A DNA stretch of 31,884 bases from Trichormus sp. ATA11-4-KO1. Lineage in GTDB: Bacteria > Cyanobacteriota > Cyanobacteriia > Cyanobacteriales > Nostocaceae. Under the pieces are notes generated by a model, which worked only from the letters and a program-made list of their open reading frames with translations, was not told where the DNA came from and ran no database searches. The stretch lies in contig JAHHIM010000045.1 in assembly GCA_019358915.1 (NCBI GenBank), positions 1-31,884 of the forward strand, in the 5' to 3' direction. The translations under genes were made by a program, and so were the position numbers. This document shows positions 18,259 through 27,883 of this stretch, piece by piece (the first letter of the stretch is position 1; each line of letters opens with the position of its first letter).

Positions 18259-18600
18259 TTACTCAAAAGGATTTAAGTCATAATCAAATTTGGCTCTGCC
18301 ACGAGTCGCGTAAACAGACTGAAGACATTCTTGAAAATCATCACCAGCCCAAGTCCCTGCGTGTCTGAGGATGGAACGACCAGAAGCCGGACGGTAGGGT
18401 AGCTGAGAACTGTCTGTCGGCTTTTCTTTTGCTTGAGGTAGGGTATCGGAACTTCCTGTTTCTGGCTTAATGTGCGGTGATTGAGTATCTTTTTTAACTG
18501 TTTGTTTGGTTTTCAAAAAACGTAAAAAATCAAGAGTTTCTTCTAGGAGTGACTCTGGAGAAGATTCAATTTCTTGGAGCAGAATTTCTTTGATAGTCAT
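18259..18600 (-). CDS. DUF2281-like putative antitoxin
   Basis: EIESSPESLLEETLDFLRFLK and AGTWAGDD motifs. Confidence 0.75.
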   Translation of the reverse strand: MTIKEILLQEIESSPESLLEETLDFLRFLKTKQTVKKDTQSPHIKPETGSSDTLPQAKEKPTDSSQLPYRPASGRSILRHAGTWAGDDFQECLQSVYATRGRAKFDYDLNPFE

Positions 18601-18667
18601 AAGAATATTGTTTCTATTGTAGGGAAACCGGGAATGGCTTTATCTTTCATTATCGCAAACGCCTCAA

Positions 18668-19066
18668 TCAATCTAATTTGGAATTTCGCCTTGGTGTAAA
18701 TTCGCCAAGTAGCAAATCTATATTTTCACCTTGCTGCCATTTCACCCAGACAGCCATGAGAAAATCTACCAATTCGCTTTTATCAATCTCTACGCCACGC
18801 CTTTTGAGTTTAAGTAACTCTTCCTCTACATCTAAATCTGTTGAGCGTTTCACATAGTAAGTGCGCCCAATCCAAGCCTCATCAGATCGCTTTCCAGTTG
18901 CAGGTCTGCCACGTTTGCGTGGTTCATTTTGAGTTGGTGCTGGTGGGGGTGGTGTTGGAGTTTGTGTCACGTTACTATCTGTGGTTGCTTCTGTTAGTTG
19001 TTCTGGCTCTTGTTGTGGTTCTTCTTTGATTTCAAATAACTTTTTAAAAGGGCTAGGCTTGCTCAT
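18668..19066 (-). CDS. Small partition partner (centromere-binding, ParG-like type Ib)
   Basis: 4-bp overlap with parA; disordered N-terminus, RGRPATGKRS, C-terminal RHH-like region. Confidence 0.7.
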   Translation of the reverse strand: MSKPSPFKKLFEIKEEPQQEPEQLTEATTDSNVTQTPTPPPPAPTQNEPRKRGRPATGKRSDEAWIGRTYYVKRSTDLDVEEELLKLKRRGVEIDKSELVDFLMAVWVKWQQGENIDLLLGEFTPRRNSKLD

Positions 19067-19656
19067 AACAGTATCTCCTTACCCACCTCTTGATACTCGC
19101 GCCATGCTATTTTGCTGCTGCGGTCTTTTACTTGATAAACTGGCAACCCCTCCAGTGCCGCTTTTTCATAAACAGCAAATCGTCTAATCCCATGTTGAAA
19201 TAGTGGTATTCCCTCTGCCTCTAATGCTTCCCGTGCCTGCTGTCCTGTTAAGCGGGGGGCTGGAGGAATGATTGTAAGCAACACACGATACCGATCGCTG
19301 CCTAATGATTTAAGTGCGCCTACAGTCTGCAACAGGGCATCCATCGCTAAAGCATCAGGGGTAGTAGGCAGGATTAATAGATTGCACCCGTCAGCAAGTG
19401 CTTCTAAATCTTCAAAGCTTGGTCGGGCTGCTGTGTCAATGACCACATGATCATAATTACGGCTGTGCATAGGGGCCTGCAATAAATCCACAACTTTAAA
19501 AGGTAATGCCCCTCGCTTTGCCCATCCCGTAGCACTGTGGTTTGGGTCGCCATCGACCAGCAACGTGCTGCCCTTCTGAGATAGAAAGCAAGCAATATGG
19601 ATGGCACTTGTCGTTTTTGCTACGCCGCCTTTGAAACTAGCCAGGGTGATTATCAC
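19063..19656 (-). CDS. parA: ParA family partition ATPase (short type Ib; start GTG 19656)
   Basis: Deviant Walker A KGGVAKTT, VDGDPN, VVIDT. Confidence 0.92.
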   Translation of the reverse strand: MIITLASFKGGVAKTTSAIHIACFLSQKGSTLLVDGDPNHSATGWAKRGALPFKVVDLLQAPMHSRNYDHVVIDTAARPSFEDLEALADGCNLLILPTTPDALAMDALLQTVGALKSLGSDRYRVLLTIIPPAPRLTGQQAREALEAEGIPLFQHGIRRFAVYEKAALEGLPVYQVKDRSSKIAWREYQEVGKEILL

Positions 19657-19752
19657 TCCATATACTCCCATAAATGCTGCTAGTTTACCCTTTAAATAAC
19701 GAAAATTTGTATTTCTCAATTTATAAAATCTTAACTTGGCGACAATTCAAAA

Positions 19753-19979
19753 TTTCGCCAATTCAAAAATCTAAAAAGTTCCAAGTAGCAACCATTAGCT
19801 TGGACGGACTACACCTGAACAACTAAAATTTGACTTTAGCTGTTCAGGTAGCTTTGCTCTCTTCGGATGGTCTACTGCTTAGTACAGTCTGCGTGAGTTG
19901 CTTAAATTGGCAATAATACAAATTTCTAGTAATACAACAATACGTATTTTCGATAAGTCATATTTTCGCCAATTCAAAA
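19753..19979. repeat. Repeats upstream of parA (candidate parS/operator)
   Basis: TTTCGCCAATTCAAAA at 19753 and 19964; hairpin ACCTGAACAACTAAA/TTTAGCTGTTCAGGT at 19813-19849. Confidence 0.5.
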
Positions 19980-20157
19980 TAAAAGCAGCACATCTTACTA
20001 CCTAAGTTTTACGGCTGCATAGGCGATGTCTACGACGGGCTACACCGGGAGCACCTAGTCTGACATCACTGGTTAACCATCTATTAACCATTTACTGGAT
20101 GCAGAGAGTTGGCTTCTATGTCATCCTAAAAAGTGAGAGTTAATTCGGTGAAGCGCG

Positions 20158-20223
20158 TTTGTTTTTAGTATTCACAGGCTTCTCTCCGAAATTTAAATCT
20201 CTACACGCTGATAATTTTGGAGA
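20158..20223 (+). promoter_or_regulatory. Conserved rbp 5'-leader boxes
   Basis: TTTGTTTTTAGT (20158), TCTCCGAA (20183) and TTTGGAGA SD match the leader boxes of cold-inducible cyanobacterial rbp genes. Confidence 0.7.
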
Positions 20224-20229
20224 AAATCG

Positions 20230-20532
20230 ATGTCAATTTATGTAGGCAACCTCTCTTATGAAGTTACAGAAGACGATATTAAGGGTGTTTTTACTGAATA
20301 TGGTACTGTAAAGCGGGTTCAAGTACCTACTGACCGCGAAACAGGTCGTCCGCGCGGCTTCGCTTTCGTGGAAATGGGAACAGACGCTGAGGAAACAGCT
20401 GCTATTGAAGCTCTTGATGGTGCTGAATGGATGGGTCGTGACCTTAAAGTTAACAAAGCCAAGCCCAAAGAAGACAGAGGTTCTTCTGGTGGCGGACGGG
20501 GGGGATATGGCGGTGGACGCGGACGCTACTAA
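20230..20532 (+). CDS. rbp: RRM RNA-binding protein with Gly-rich tail (cyanobacterial Rbp family)
   Basis: RNP2 IYVGNL, RNP1 RGFAFVEM, GGRGGYGG tail. Confidence 0.95.
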   Translation: MSIYVGNLSYEVTEDDIKGVFTEYGTVKRVQVPTDRETGRPRGFAFVEMGTDAEETAAIEALDGAEWMGRDLKVNKAKPKEDRGSSGGGRGGYGGGRGRY

Positions 20533-20577
20533 GCTTTGAAACGTGCAATCACAGGCTATAGCTACTTTCGTCCCTAG

Positions 20578-21006
20578 TCACAATTGCTGCCAGCAATAGA
20601 TTATGAGAGTAGTGACAATTGAAGAAACGAACTGCTGACTTAAGAATTTTGGACATTCCATTTCGCCTCGTAGCAGATACGCCAAATGAAGAATAGAAGG
20701 GTCATTAATCTGCATTTTGAAAATGGGCGGCTGATTGAGAAAAATCATTTTCGTGTCAATAATTTCCTCAAATCTTAATAGGCTGAGTGTGATTTGTAGA
20801 TAATCTAGAAGTGGTGTTTTCTGGACATCGTTCAACCAATCAGATTCAAATTGTTCGGCAATCGCGGCAGTGGCTTCTAAGTAAAGGGGAGCAATACTTA
20901 TGATTAAATTATTGTCTGAGTTTTGAGGTAGTTGGAGCGAACGTACATACTTGACTCTAATCCCATCGCCATTCGCTTTAAGAATGAAAATATCAGGCTG
21001 CATCAT
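20578..21006 (-). CDS. Degenerate AraC N-terminal-like protein lacking the HTH (possible pseudogene)
   Basis: DPSILHLAYLLRGEM resembles DPTIGHIAQLLKSEV of the AraC at 24581; ends before the HTH. Confidence 0.5.
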   Translation of the reverse strand: MMQPDIFILKANGDGIRVKYVRSLQLPQNSDNNLIISIAPLYLEATAAIAEQFESDWLNDVQKTPLLDYLQITLSLLRFEEIIDTKMIFLNQPPIFKMQINDPSILHLAYLLRGEMECPKFLSQQFVSSIVTTLIIYCWQQL

Positions 21007-21010
21007 ACAA

Positions 21011-21583
21011 TTAACCAGGGCGAGTACCTTCTTCGTAAGTCCAGGTCATTTTCATTTGTGTCACTTTCCAGCGACCGTTGATACGGGTTAGCCCATGATT
21101 GTAGAATCCACCCAGTGTCCAAGTTTTCCCTGATTGACCGTCAAGATAAACGTGATGCGCCCGAAAGCTGGAAGTGCAGGTAGCTTGATCGCCATTAACT
21201 ATCACTGCATGATTAGCAATTATATGCTGAGTGACTTTGAAAGTTTTGCTGAAAAAGTCTGCCCAGCCAGCAACTAAAGTATCTGCTGCTACAGTATTGG
21301 GAGTACCGCCATTCAAGGAGGTGTAGTCTGTCAGAACTTTATCGGCAAAGGCTGCACGACACGCTTTCCAATCTCGTAAATCTGCACCCATACCAATGAT
21401 GTTTACGGCATCGATAATTTCAGCGCGGTTTACTAATTTTTGCATGGTTGCAGTATTCATATTAACTGGAGTATTTGCTTGGTTGGGAGATTTAGTACGA
21501 GCAGTAGCAATCGCAGTTGAAGAAAAAAATCCTGTCAAGCCAGCACTTAAAGTAAGAAAGAGATTACGGCGTTGGTGATTCAT
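21011..21583 (-). CDS. SnoaL/NTF2-like protein with Tat-type signal
   Basis: QRRNLFL twin-Arg motif; TQHIIAN and GRWKVT motifs. Confidence 0.8.
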   Translation of the reverse strand: MNHQRRNLFLTLSAGLTGFFSSTAIATARTKSPNQANTPVNMNTATMQKLVNRAEIIDAVNIIGMGADLRDWKACRAAFADKVLTDYTSLNGGTPNTVAADTLVAGWADFFSKTFKVTQHIIANHAVIVNGDQATCTSSFRAHHVYLDGQSGKTWTLGGFYNHGLTRINGRWKVTQMKMTWTYEEGTRPG

Positions 21584-21626
21584 GATTTTATTAGGCAATA
21601 AGTTTGAGTAACCTTCTATACAGTAG

Positions 21627-22739
21627 TTAAGATACACCAGCGCTCGTTGACTGAACCAGCACATCTGTTTGGTATCCAGCTGGCTTAGAGCCAACTGTTA
21701 CACCACCGTGAATCATACCTTGAATTTCTGAACCAAAGAAGCTGTAAGGAAATTGTGGTTCGGGACGGCTGACAGCTTCCAAACGATTGGCCAGTTCGGT
21801 GGGAATATCAAAAGAAAGTGCTTGAATATTGTCCTCTAGTTGCGATTGCTTGGTGGCTCCGATAATCACCGATGCAATCCCAGGGCGATTTGCTGTCCAG
21901 TTGACCGCAACTTGAGCCATACTGCGCCCCAGTTGTTGAGCGACTGTTTCTAGTTCTGCCACAATTTTCCAATTGCGATCACTAAACTTATGAAAAGCTG
22001 GATTTGAGATACCTTTAACTGTCTCTAATCTCCCAACGCCTGTGAATCCACCCTCGCTTGGTTTGTACTTACCACTGAGAAGACCACTAGCCAACGGACT
22101 CCAGACCATAGTACCCATTCCCAACTCCAGACCGAGGGAAATAAATTCCCGCTCAATGTTACGCTCAATTAGGGAGTATTCGAGTTGGAAAGTGCAAAGC
22201 GGTTCGTAATTGCGCCACTCGGCGATAGTTTGCGCTCGTGCTGCATACCAGCTTGGCGTGTCACTTAATCCGATGTGCCGCACTTTGCCAGAACTTACTA
22301 AATCATTCAGTGTTCGCATCACTTCTTCCGCCGGGGTGATCATGTCCCAAGTGTGGAGAATGTAGAGGTCGATGTAATCAGTCCCCAACCGTCGCAGCGA
22401 ACCTTCTACCGCCCGCATGATATTTTTGCGTCCATTGCCGCCTGCATTGGGATTTCCGGGTTCGGCATTGTAGCTAAATTTAGTTGCCACTACAACGCGA
22501 TCGCGGAGATTACGCTCGGCAATAAATTTACCTAACCAAGTTTCGCTAGTACCGTTTGTATATAAATCTGCTGTGTCAATAAAGTTACCTCCTGCATCAA
22601 CATAGGTATTAAACATTTGGCTTGCGGTGGCTTCATCGCTGCCCCAACCCCATTCAGTGCCGAAGGTCATTGCACCAAGGGCCAGACGACTGACGCGCAG
22701 CCCAGAACGTCCTAGATTGTAGTAATTATTGAGAGACAT
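21627..22739 (-). CDS. Aldo/keto reductase
   Basis: LGRSGLRVSRLALG, IDTADLY, ATKF, LGTDYIDLY and WSPLASGLL motifs. Confidence 0.95.
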   Translation of the reverse strand: MSLNNYYNLGRSGLRVSRLALGAMTFGTEWGWGSDEATASQMFNTYVDAGGNFIDTADLYTNGTSETWLGKFIAERNLRDRVVVATKFSYNAEPGNPNAGGNGRKNIMRAVEGSLRRLGTDYIDLYILHTWDMITPAEEVMRTLNDLVSSGKVRHIGLSDTPSWYAARAQTIAEWRNYEPLCTFQLEYSLIERNIEREFISLGLELGMGTMVWSPLASGLLSGKYKPSEGGFTGVGRLETVKGISNPAFHKFSDRNWKIVAELETVAQQLGRSMAQVAVNWTANRPGIASVIIGATKQSQLEDNIQALSFDIPTELANRLEAVSRPEPQFPYSFFGSEIQGMIHGGVTVGSKPAGYQTDVLVQSTSAGVS

Positions 22740-22818
22740 ATTGCAATTCTTGCATGAGGATAAAAATTGAAAATTGTGGAAAGTAATACTGAAAGTCTTG
22801 TTTTTATGAGGTACTTGA

Positions 22819-23361
22819 TTACTGTTGCCCAGTAAAGCCACTAGGATTACCCCAAGCCTCTATAAAAACGATAGGGTTGTAATATTCACGAAATAGTACA
22901 ACTTGTCCATTACGGAATTGAAAGAGTCCAGCATAGGTGTTGTTGTAAGGTTTTTTCGTTGCCAGCACTTCAATTTCACCGCGAAATTCTACAAAGAAAG
23001 TATTGGGGTCAGTGGTTGGGTAAATCTTCAAGTCAGAAAACACCATGCGTCCCACGCTAGTAGGTAATGCAGAATAATGTTTGGCAACGGCGGCTTTACC
23101 TTCAACTCGTTTAGGAAATCCAGCCGGAGAGTAAGGCATATCCTGTACACCATCATCCGCCCATAGCTTTAACCATTTATCCATGCATTTTTGTGATAGC
23201 AACTGGAAATATCTGCGAATGGTTTGCTCGTTTTTGAGCCTCGTAGTTTCGGCACTAGTGTTGACTGTGGGGATATTCGTTACATTAGCTTGGCTTTGAG
23301 GTGCGATCGCCAATAAACCCAATGTTAAAGTTAAACCAATTAGCGCTTTTTGCATTAACAT
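22819..23361 (-). CDS. Exported SnoaL/PhzA/B-like NTF2 protein
   Basis: Signal peptide; LWADDG.DMPYSP...FREYYNP. Confidence 0.8.
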   Translation of the reverse strand: MLMQKALIGLTLTLGLLAIAPQSQANVTNIPTVNTSAETTRLKNEQTIRRYFQLLSQKCMDKWLKLWADDGVQDMPYSPAGFPKRVEGKAAVAKHYSALPTSVGRMVFSDLKIYPTTDPNTFFVEFRGEIEVLATKKPYNNTYAGLFQFRNGQVVLFREYYNPIVFIEAWGNPSGFTGQQ

Positions 23362-23413
23362 CTTGCCAAATTCCTTTTCAACAATCTCACAGAAACGATG
23401 GACTTCAAAGCTT

Positions 23414-24472
23414 TTATAAGGATGTTCTCAATTGTTTAACAGTCAGCGCAACAGCTTGATTAATAGTTGCTTCTTGGTCATAGAAATCAAATTGATTAGC
23501 TTGGGGAAACCAAACTATATTTTTGTCCTTCCCTGGAATTGTTGCAAAGAACCGACGCGCACCATCAGGAATTGCCGCTTGTTCACTGTGGATAAATAAG
23601 GTAGGTACTTTGATTTGCTTGGCTTGTGGCATAGCACTAAAAGTTAACCATTCAGCCCAAGACATCACCGCGAATTGGTTCGCCCATTGAGGAATTGCAC
23701 CCCGTTTTGGATTTAGATAATAGTCCACATTTCCATACATTGCTGCCTGTTTATTTGTAGTGCTAATGGCAGGAACGTATTCTGCTTTGCCAGTCTGCTC
23801 AAATTTGGCTCGTGCTGCCCGTGATGACTCAATTTTTGCTCGTACAGTTTCCTCTCCACCGTAGATGGTATTGACAATTGCTGCATCATGAATCCAAGGG
23901 GCAACAGCTACAAATGACTTGATGCGGGAATCTGTTGCTGTAGCTACTGCCATGTAACCTGCCGAAGCACAAATTCCTAAGCCGGCAATCCGATTTTCAT
24001 CGACAGCATCAACAGTTTGCAAAAAGCTGACAGCATTTTTAATATCTGCAATCTTGGCTGTGGGAGACTCAAAACTGCGAACCTTACCGCCGCTTTCCCC
24101 AAAGAAGCGAAAATCAAATGCTAAGGCAGCAAATCCTTGCTCGGCAAGCTTTTGAGCATAAGTGGCTGGCATTTGCTCTTTCACTGTTGTCCAAGAACCA
24201 GCAACAATCACTGCGGGTAACTTATCGCCTGCTTTGTAGTTTGCAGGTAAATATAAGTTACCAACTAGTTTTTCGCCTTCGCTTTGAAATGTAACTCGAT
24301 TGATACCAGCTTTGTAGGGATTAGCAGCAATAACAGTATCAGAAACTTGCTGCACTTGCGGCTGTGTTAAATTCTTGCTTGCCGACAAATTTTGAGCTTG
24401 GGCGTAACCGCTAACAGCTACTAAAACTAGTGAAAGGGCAGAAGCTTTAATGGTAGAAGATATTGCTTTCAT
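23414..24472 (-). CDS. Exported alpha/beta hydrolase
   Basis: Signal peptide; TVKEQM, FDFRFFGESGG, nucleophile elbow GICASAG. Confidence 0.9.
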   Translation of the reverse strand: MKAISSTIKASALSLVLVAVSGYAQAQNLSASKNLTQPQVQQVSDTVIAANPYKAGINRVTFQSEGEKLVGNLYLPANYKAGDKLPAVIVAGSWTTVKEQMPATYAQKLAEQGFAALAFDFRFFGESGGKVRSFESPTAKIADIKNAVSFLQTVDAVDENRIAGLGICASAGYMAVATATDSRIKSFVAVAPWIHDAAIVNTIYGGEETVRAKIESSRAARAKFEQTGKAEYVPAISTTNKQAAMYGNVDYYLNPKRGAIPQWANQFAVMSWAEWLTFSAMPQAKQIKVPTLFIHSEQAAIPDGARRFFATIPGKDKNIVWFPQANQFDFYDQEATINQAVALTVKQLRTSL

Positions 24473-24580
24473 GGTTGATTCTCTTTTGTTTTTTGTTTGT
24501 TAAGTACAATTTAGAGAATCTGCCCAAAGAAATCACGCCCGATTCTTGCGCGGTTATATCAAAATCATGCTTAGTTAAAT

Positions 24581-25432
24581 TTAAACACTATCGCGGAATT
24601 GCTTTGGCGTTACCCCAGAAAGCTTGCGAAATTGGGCGGTAAAATGACTCGGATTGGAAAAACCTACCTGATAGGCAATTTCTGCTGATGAAAACCTTGT
24701 TACTTTGAGCAATACTTTTGCCCGTTCGATTCGTCGTTGCAGAATGTAGCGATGTGGTGGTTCTCCTACCAGTGTTTTGAATCCACGAGCAAAATGAAAC
24801 TGACTCATGGGTACTAATGCAGCCAGATCCGCGATCGCTAATTCCGAGCCTAAATTGTCTTCAATATAATCTTTAATTTGCTTGAGCTTTAGTACATCAA
24901 GAACACCCGCTTCTACAGGGATAGAGTTAGTTAATACTCCACCATAGTTTCTTAGTAGATGCACCGCCAGCAAGTTTCGCAACGACTCGACATATAAATT
25001 GCCAGCCAAGCCACCACTGACCACCTCAGACTTTAATAACTGTGCTATATGCCCAATAGTTGGATCTGGAAAAATTACGCGGTGTTCCAAGTTAACCGGA
25101 GTAGACAGTCCACTTTCATCTGCCAGTCGCTCCAGCAAGAGCGGCTCTATTTTCAGATTTACGTATTCACTCTCCTTTTCCCGTCGATGCCAGACAAACT
25201 CACGCTCCGAATATAAAAACACACTTCCGGCCGGCATAGGAGTGGTTTGTGGCTTACCTCCATCCACAGACCAACTGACACGTTCGTGGGGAATAAACGC
25301 CACACTAATAGCGTGTTTCGGCATCGCAAAGTCAAAATCTCCAATGTCTTCCAGACGACCGTACTCGACAATCAAGTCATTCCATTCGGCTTTGAGAATC
25401 ACCGCCGTTTGTTGGGGCTTGGGTTGCTGCAT
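24581..25432 (-). CDS. AraC family transcriptional regulator
   Basis: C-terminal double HTH: SQFHFARGFK and IAYQVGFSNPSHFTAQFRK. Confidence 0.93.
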   Translation of the reverse strand: MQQPKPQQTAVILKAEWNDLIVEYGRLEDIGDFDFAMPKHAISVAFIPHERVSWSVDGGKPQTTPMPAGSVFLYSEREFVWHRREKESEYVNLKIEPLLLERLADESGLSTPVNLEHRVIFPDPTIGHIAQLLKSEVVSGGLAGNLYVESLRNLLAVHLLRNYGGVLTNSIPVEAGVLDVLKLKQIKDYIEDNLGSELAIADLAALVPMSQFHFARGFKTLVGEPPHRYILQRRIERAKVLLKVTRFSSAEIAYQVGFSNPSHFTAQFRKLSGVTPKQFRDSV

Positions 25433-25705
25433 CAGAGAATTAAGTATTTTTTACATTAATATTTATATACCTTAAGTAGTTCAATTTTAATTGAGTTAGC
25501 AGTATCTTAGCTCTGAAGCGTGCATAGTATAAAAATTAATCCTCTATCTACATAGAGGTATTCTGCAATTCCACCAATTTAGGAAAAGGTGGAATAGGCA
25601 ATTGAATTGTTTTGACATTGGTAATGGCGTTATCCTCAAACATCATTACCAAGGCAATCAGCTTTTTTACATTCCTCAAAACACTGTATCATACACTACT
25701 CTTTT

Positions 25706-26089
25706 TTAGCGTTCGCTTTGATCTAAACTGAGAGAACCAGATCCATAAGTAAGGACTAGGAGCAGTCCACCGATAATCGACAAGTTTTTGAAAAAATTAT
25801 TGAATTGACTAGGATCAGCAACAGGATTATGAAAAACAATGGTAGCGGGAATCAGAAAAATGATCAGTAGAATCGCGCCAATTTCCGCTTTGTAGCCGAG
25901 AATAATGGACAATCCACCTAAAATCTGAAATGCAATTGTAAAAACTAGTAGCACTCCTACTATTGGTAGTCCAGCTTTAGCCATAAACTCACTTGTCTGA
26001 GCGAAATTAAACACTTTGTTCAAGCCAGTGTAAATAAAAATCACGGCTAAAAATGAACGAGCAACCAAAGGAATGTATTTTTTCAACAT
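25706..26089 (-). CDS. DoxX family membrane protein
   Basis: Four TM segments; FFKNLSIIGGLL...GSGSLSLD. Confidence 0.9.
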   Translation of the reverse strand: MLKKYIPLVARSFLAVIFIYTGLNKVFNFAQTSEFMAKAGLPIVGVLLVFTIAFQILGGLSIILGYKAEIGAILLIIFLIPATIVFHNPVADPSQFNNFFKNLSIIGGLLLVLTYGSGSLSLDQSER

Positions 26090-26137
26090 GATAGATATTT
26101 TCAGATTCAGTTAGTGAGATGGGGTTACGGGTGCAAA

Positions 26138-26560
26138 ATGCCAAGATATTTAAAAGTACTCAGACTATTTTGGAGTGCAGCGATCACTGCTGAAATGGAG
26201 TATCGCATAAATTTCCTCATTACTACACTCAGTAGTTTAGGTAATTTAGCTGGCAGCTTATTTGGACTATTTACCGTACTGGCTATACTTTTACTGGCTG
26301 GTCATAGGAAGCTGCTTTACTCGTGTTGGGAATTTTTACTTGACTGCAAGGCTTTTCTGCTACCTTTCTCGCACCCAACCTCAATCGTATCGTCCGCCAT
26401 GTCCAAGAAGGGACTTTAGATTTTGTCCTCCTCAAATCTATCCGCAGTCAGTTTTGGCTATCTATTCACACCCTATCCCCTTGGGGAATGCCAGATTTTA
26501 TTTTTGGCGGCGTGATTATTTATTGGCTATGCTGGTAAACGCCTGGACTTGGGTATCGGT
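26138..26560 (+). pseudogene. ABC-2 family permease pseudogene (frameshifted, truncated)
   Basis: AEMEYRINF start; typical continuation (VRHVQEGTLDFVLLK.I.SQFWLS) lies in another frame; no intact ORF. Confidence 0.75.
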
Positions 26561-26673
26561 AACTACAGAAATGTACCCAGGCATTGACGCAATAATTATT
26601 GAAGCTGATTTGAAAGCCGTTTCAAACTCCTCAACCATGCTGGGTTTGACTTCAAGAATTGCCACTTCTAGTA

Positions 26674-26952
26674 TCATCGACCGACATCAACGCCACAAAT
26701 GCGGCGAATAATATTAGCTTGCGCTTCCAATTGATGCAGCGCCCAAAGAGTTGACAAACGCAATTGTTCACCGCGCACTCCTCTTGAGTACAAAACTAAA
26801 GGCAGCCAATGGGTTTTGAGAGTAACCATCACCGCATCAGCCAGAGTTGACCCTGGAGAAATCGGATCTGTCTTTAAAAAATTCAACACCTGACCATCAA
26901 CGCTGTCACTGTCTCGTTTAATAGAAAGAATTTCTTGCTTGGCATTACTCAT
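26674..26952 (-). CDS. Hypothetical protein divergent from the relaxase
   Basis: 92-aa ORF with plausible composition. Confidence 0.6.
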   Translation of the reverse strand: MSNAKQEILSIKRDSDSVDGQVLNFLKTDPISPGSTLADAVMVTLKTHWLPLVLYSRGVRGEQLRLSTLWALHQLEAQANIIRRICGVDVGR

Positions 26953-27071
26953 ATAAACACCATAAATTACGTAGGATTAAAGTAGAAACTAAGTACAGAA
27001 AAAGTAGTTTTAACTACAAATGCCCAACTGCTGCCCAATAGCCATAATATGACACAAAAACACGCCATGTT

Positions 27072-27152
27072 ACTGCTATTAGCAGTTAATAGCAGTTTGA
27101 CTCCAAAAATTCAGTTGAGCCAAAAAACGTGACTCGACTGCTAATAGCAGTC
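27072..27152. promoter_or_regulatory. Two copies of palindrome ACTGCTA-N-TAGCAGT
   Basis: At 27072-27086 and 27136-27152 (8-1-8). Confidence 0.55.
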
Positions 27153-27744
27153 AAAAGTGGTCAAATTACGCCCAACTGTCACCTACTGGTTTTGAGTGAA
27201 ATTGCCCTCTAATTCATACACCGAGCTACTTTGAGCCACTTTTAGCCATTTTCACTAGGTAACTTTGACGAAAAATCTATATTACATTTATGTTGCAAAA
27301 GTAATTCAAAAAACCGTTCAAAAAATATTCTGTAGGTGTTGATAATACAATTAGTTACAAAATGCCTGTGTCAGTCTTTGAAAAAACTTGAGTGACTCTG
27401 AACAACCACAGTTATTGTCATTAAACTAGGGTTATTGATAATAAAATAGCCTGAAACCCTTGTAATTGCGTTATATTTGTCAACCGGAATGTAAACAATC
27501 CCCCAGGCATTATTGATAGTAATTAGAGGTAAACATTGATTTTAAAAGAGAATTTCTCTTCTTATAAACTAAGAATTAGTAATAATAAATCCACAGTGTA
27601 AAAACTTCTGAATTACCAGTCAAACAGCCAGTTTTTCAGTATAAAAACACCTCTGTACACTTGCCTGAATCATGGCAGACAATCCCACAAAGCCAGACTG
27701 AGCGCCGCCGTTGTCCTACTACTGGAAACGCATTTCGCGCAGGT

Positions 27745-27850
27745 GTATTAGTATGGTGGTGAACTCACTACACTTCCATGCCCCTGCGGGGTGCCTGCGG
27801 CATCCCTCGCTGCGCTCGTGACATAGAAGCTACGTTCGCCCCTGCGGGGG
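27745..27850. other. Candidate oriT / single-strand hairpin cluster
   Basis: GC-rich mini-hairpins CCCCTGCGGGG (27781, 27839) and GTGCCTGCGGCAT (27791) directly upstream of the relaxase. Confidence 0.5.
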
Positions 27851-27883
27851 TTTTGCACACCTGTCGTCATCGAATGAAAATCA

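Noticed and set aside
26114..26711. Two intact genes (101 aa and 149 aa)
   Set aside because: They are frames of a single decayed ABC-2 permease gene.
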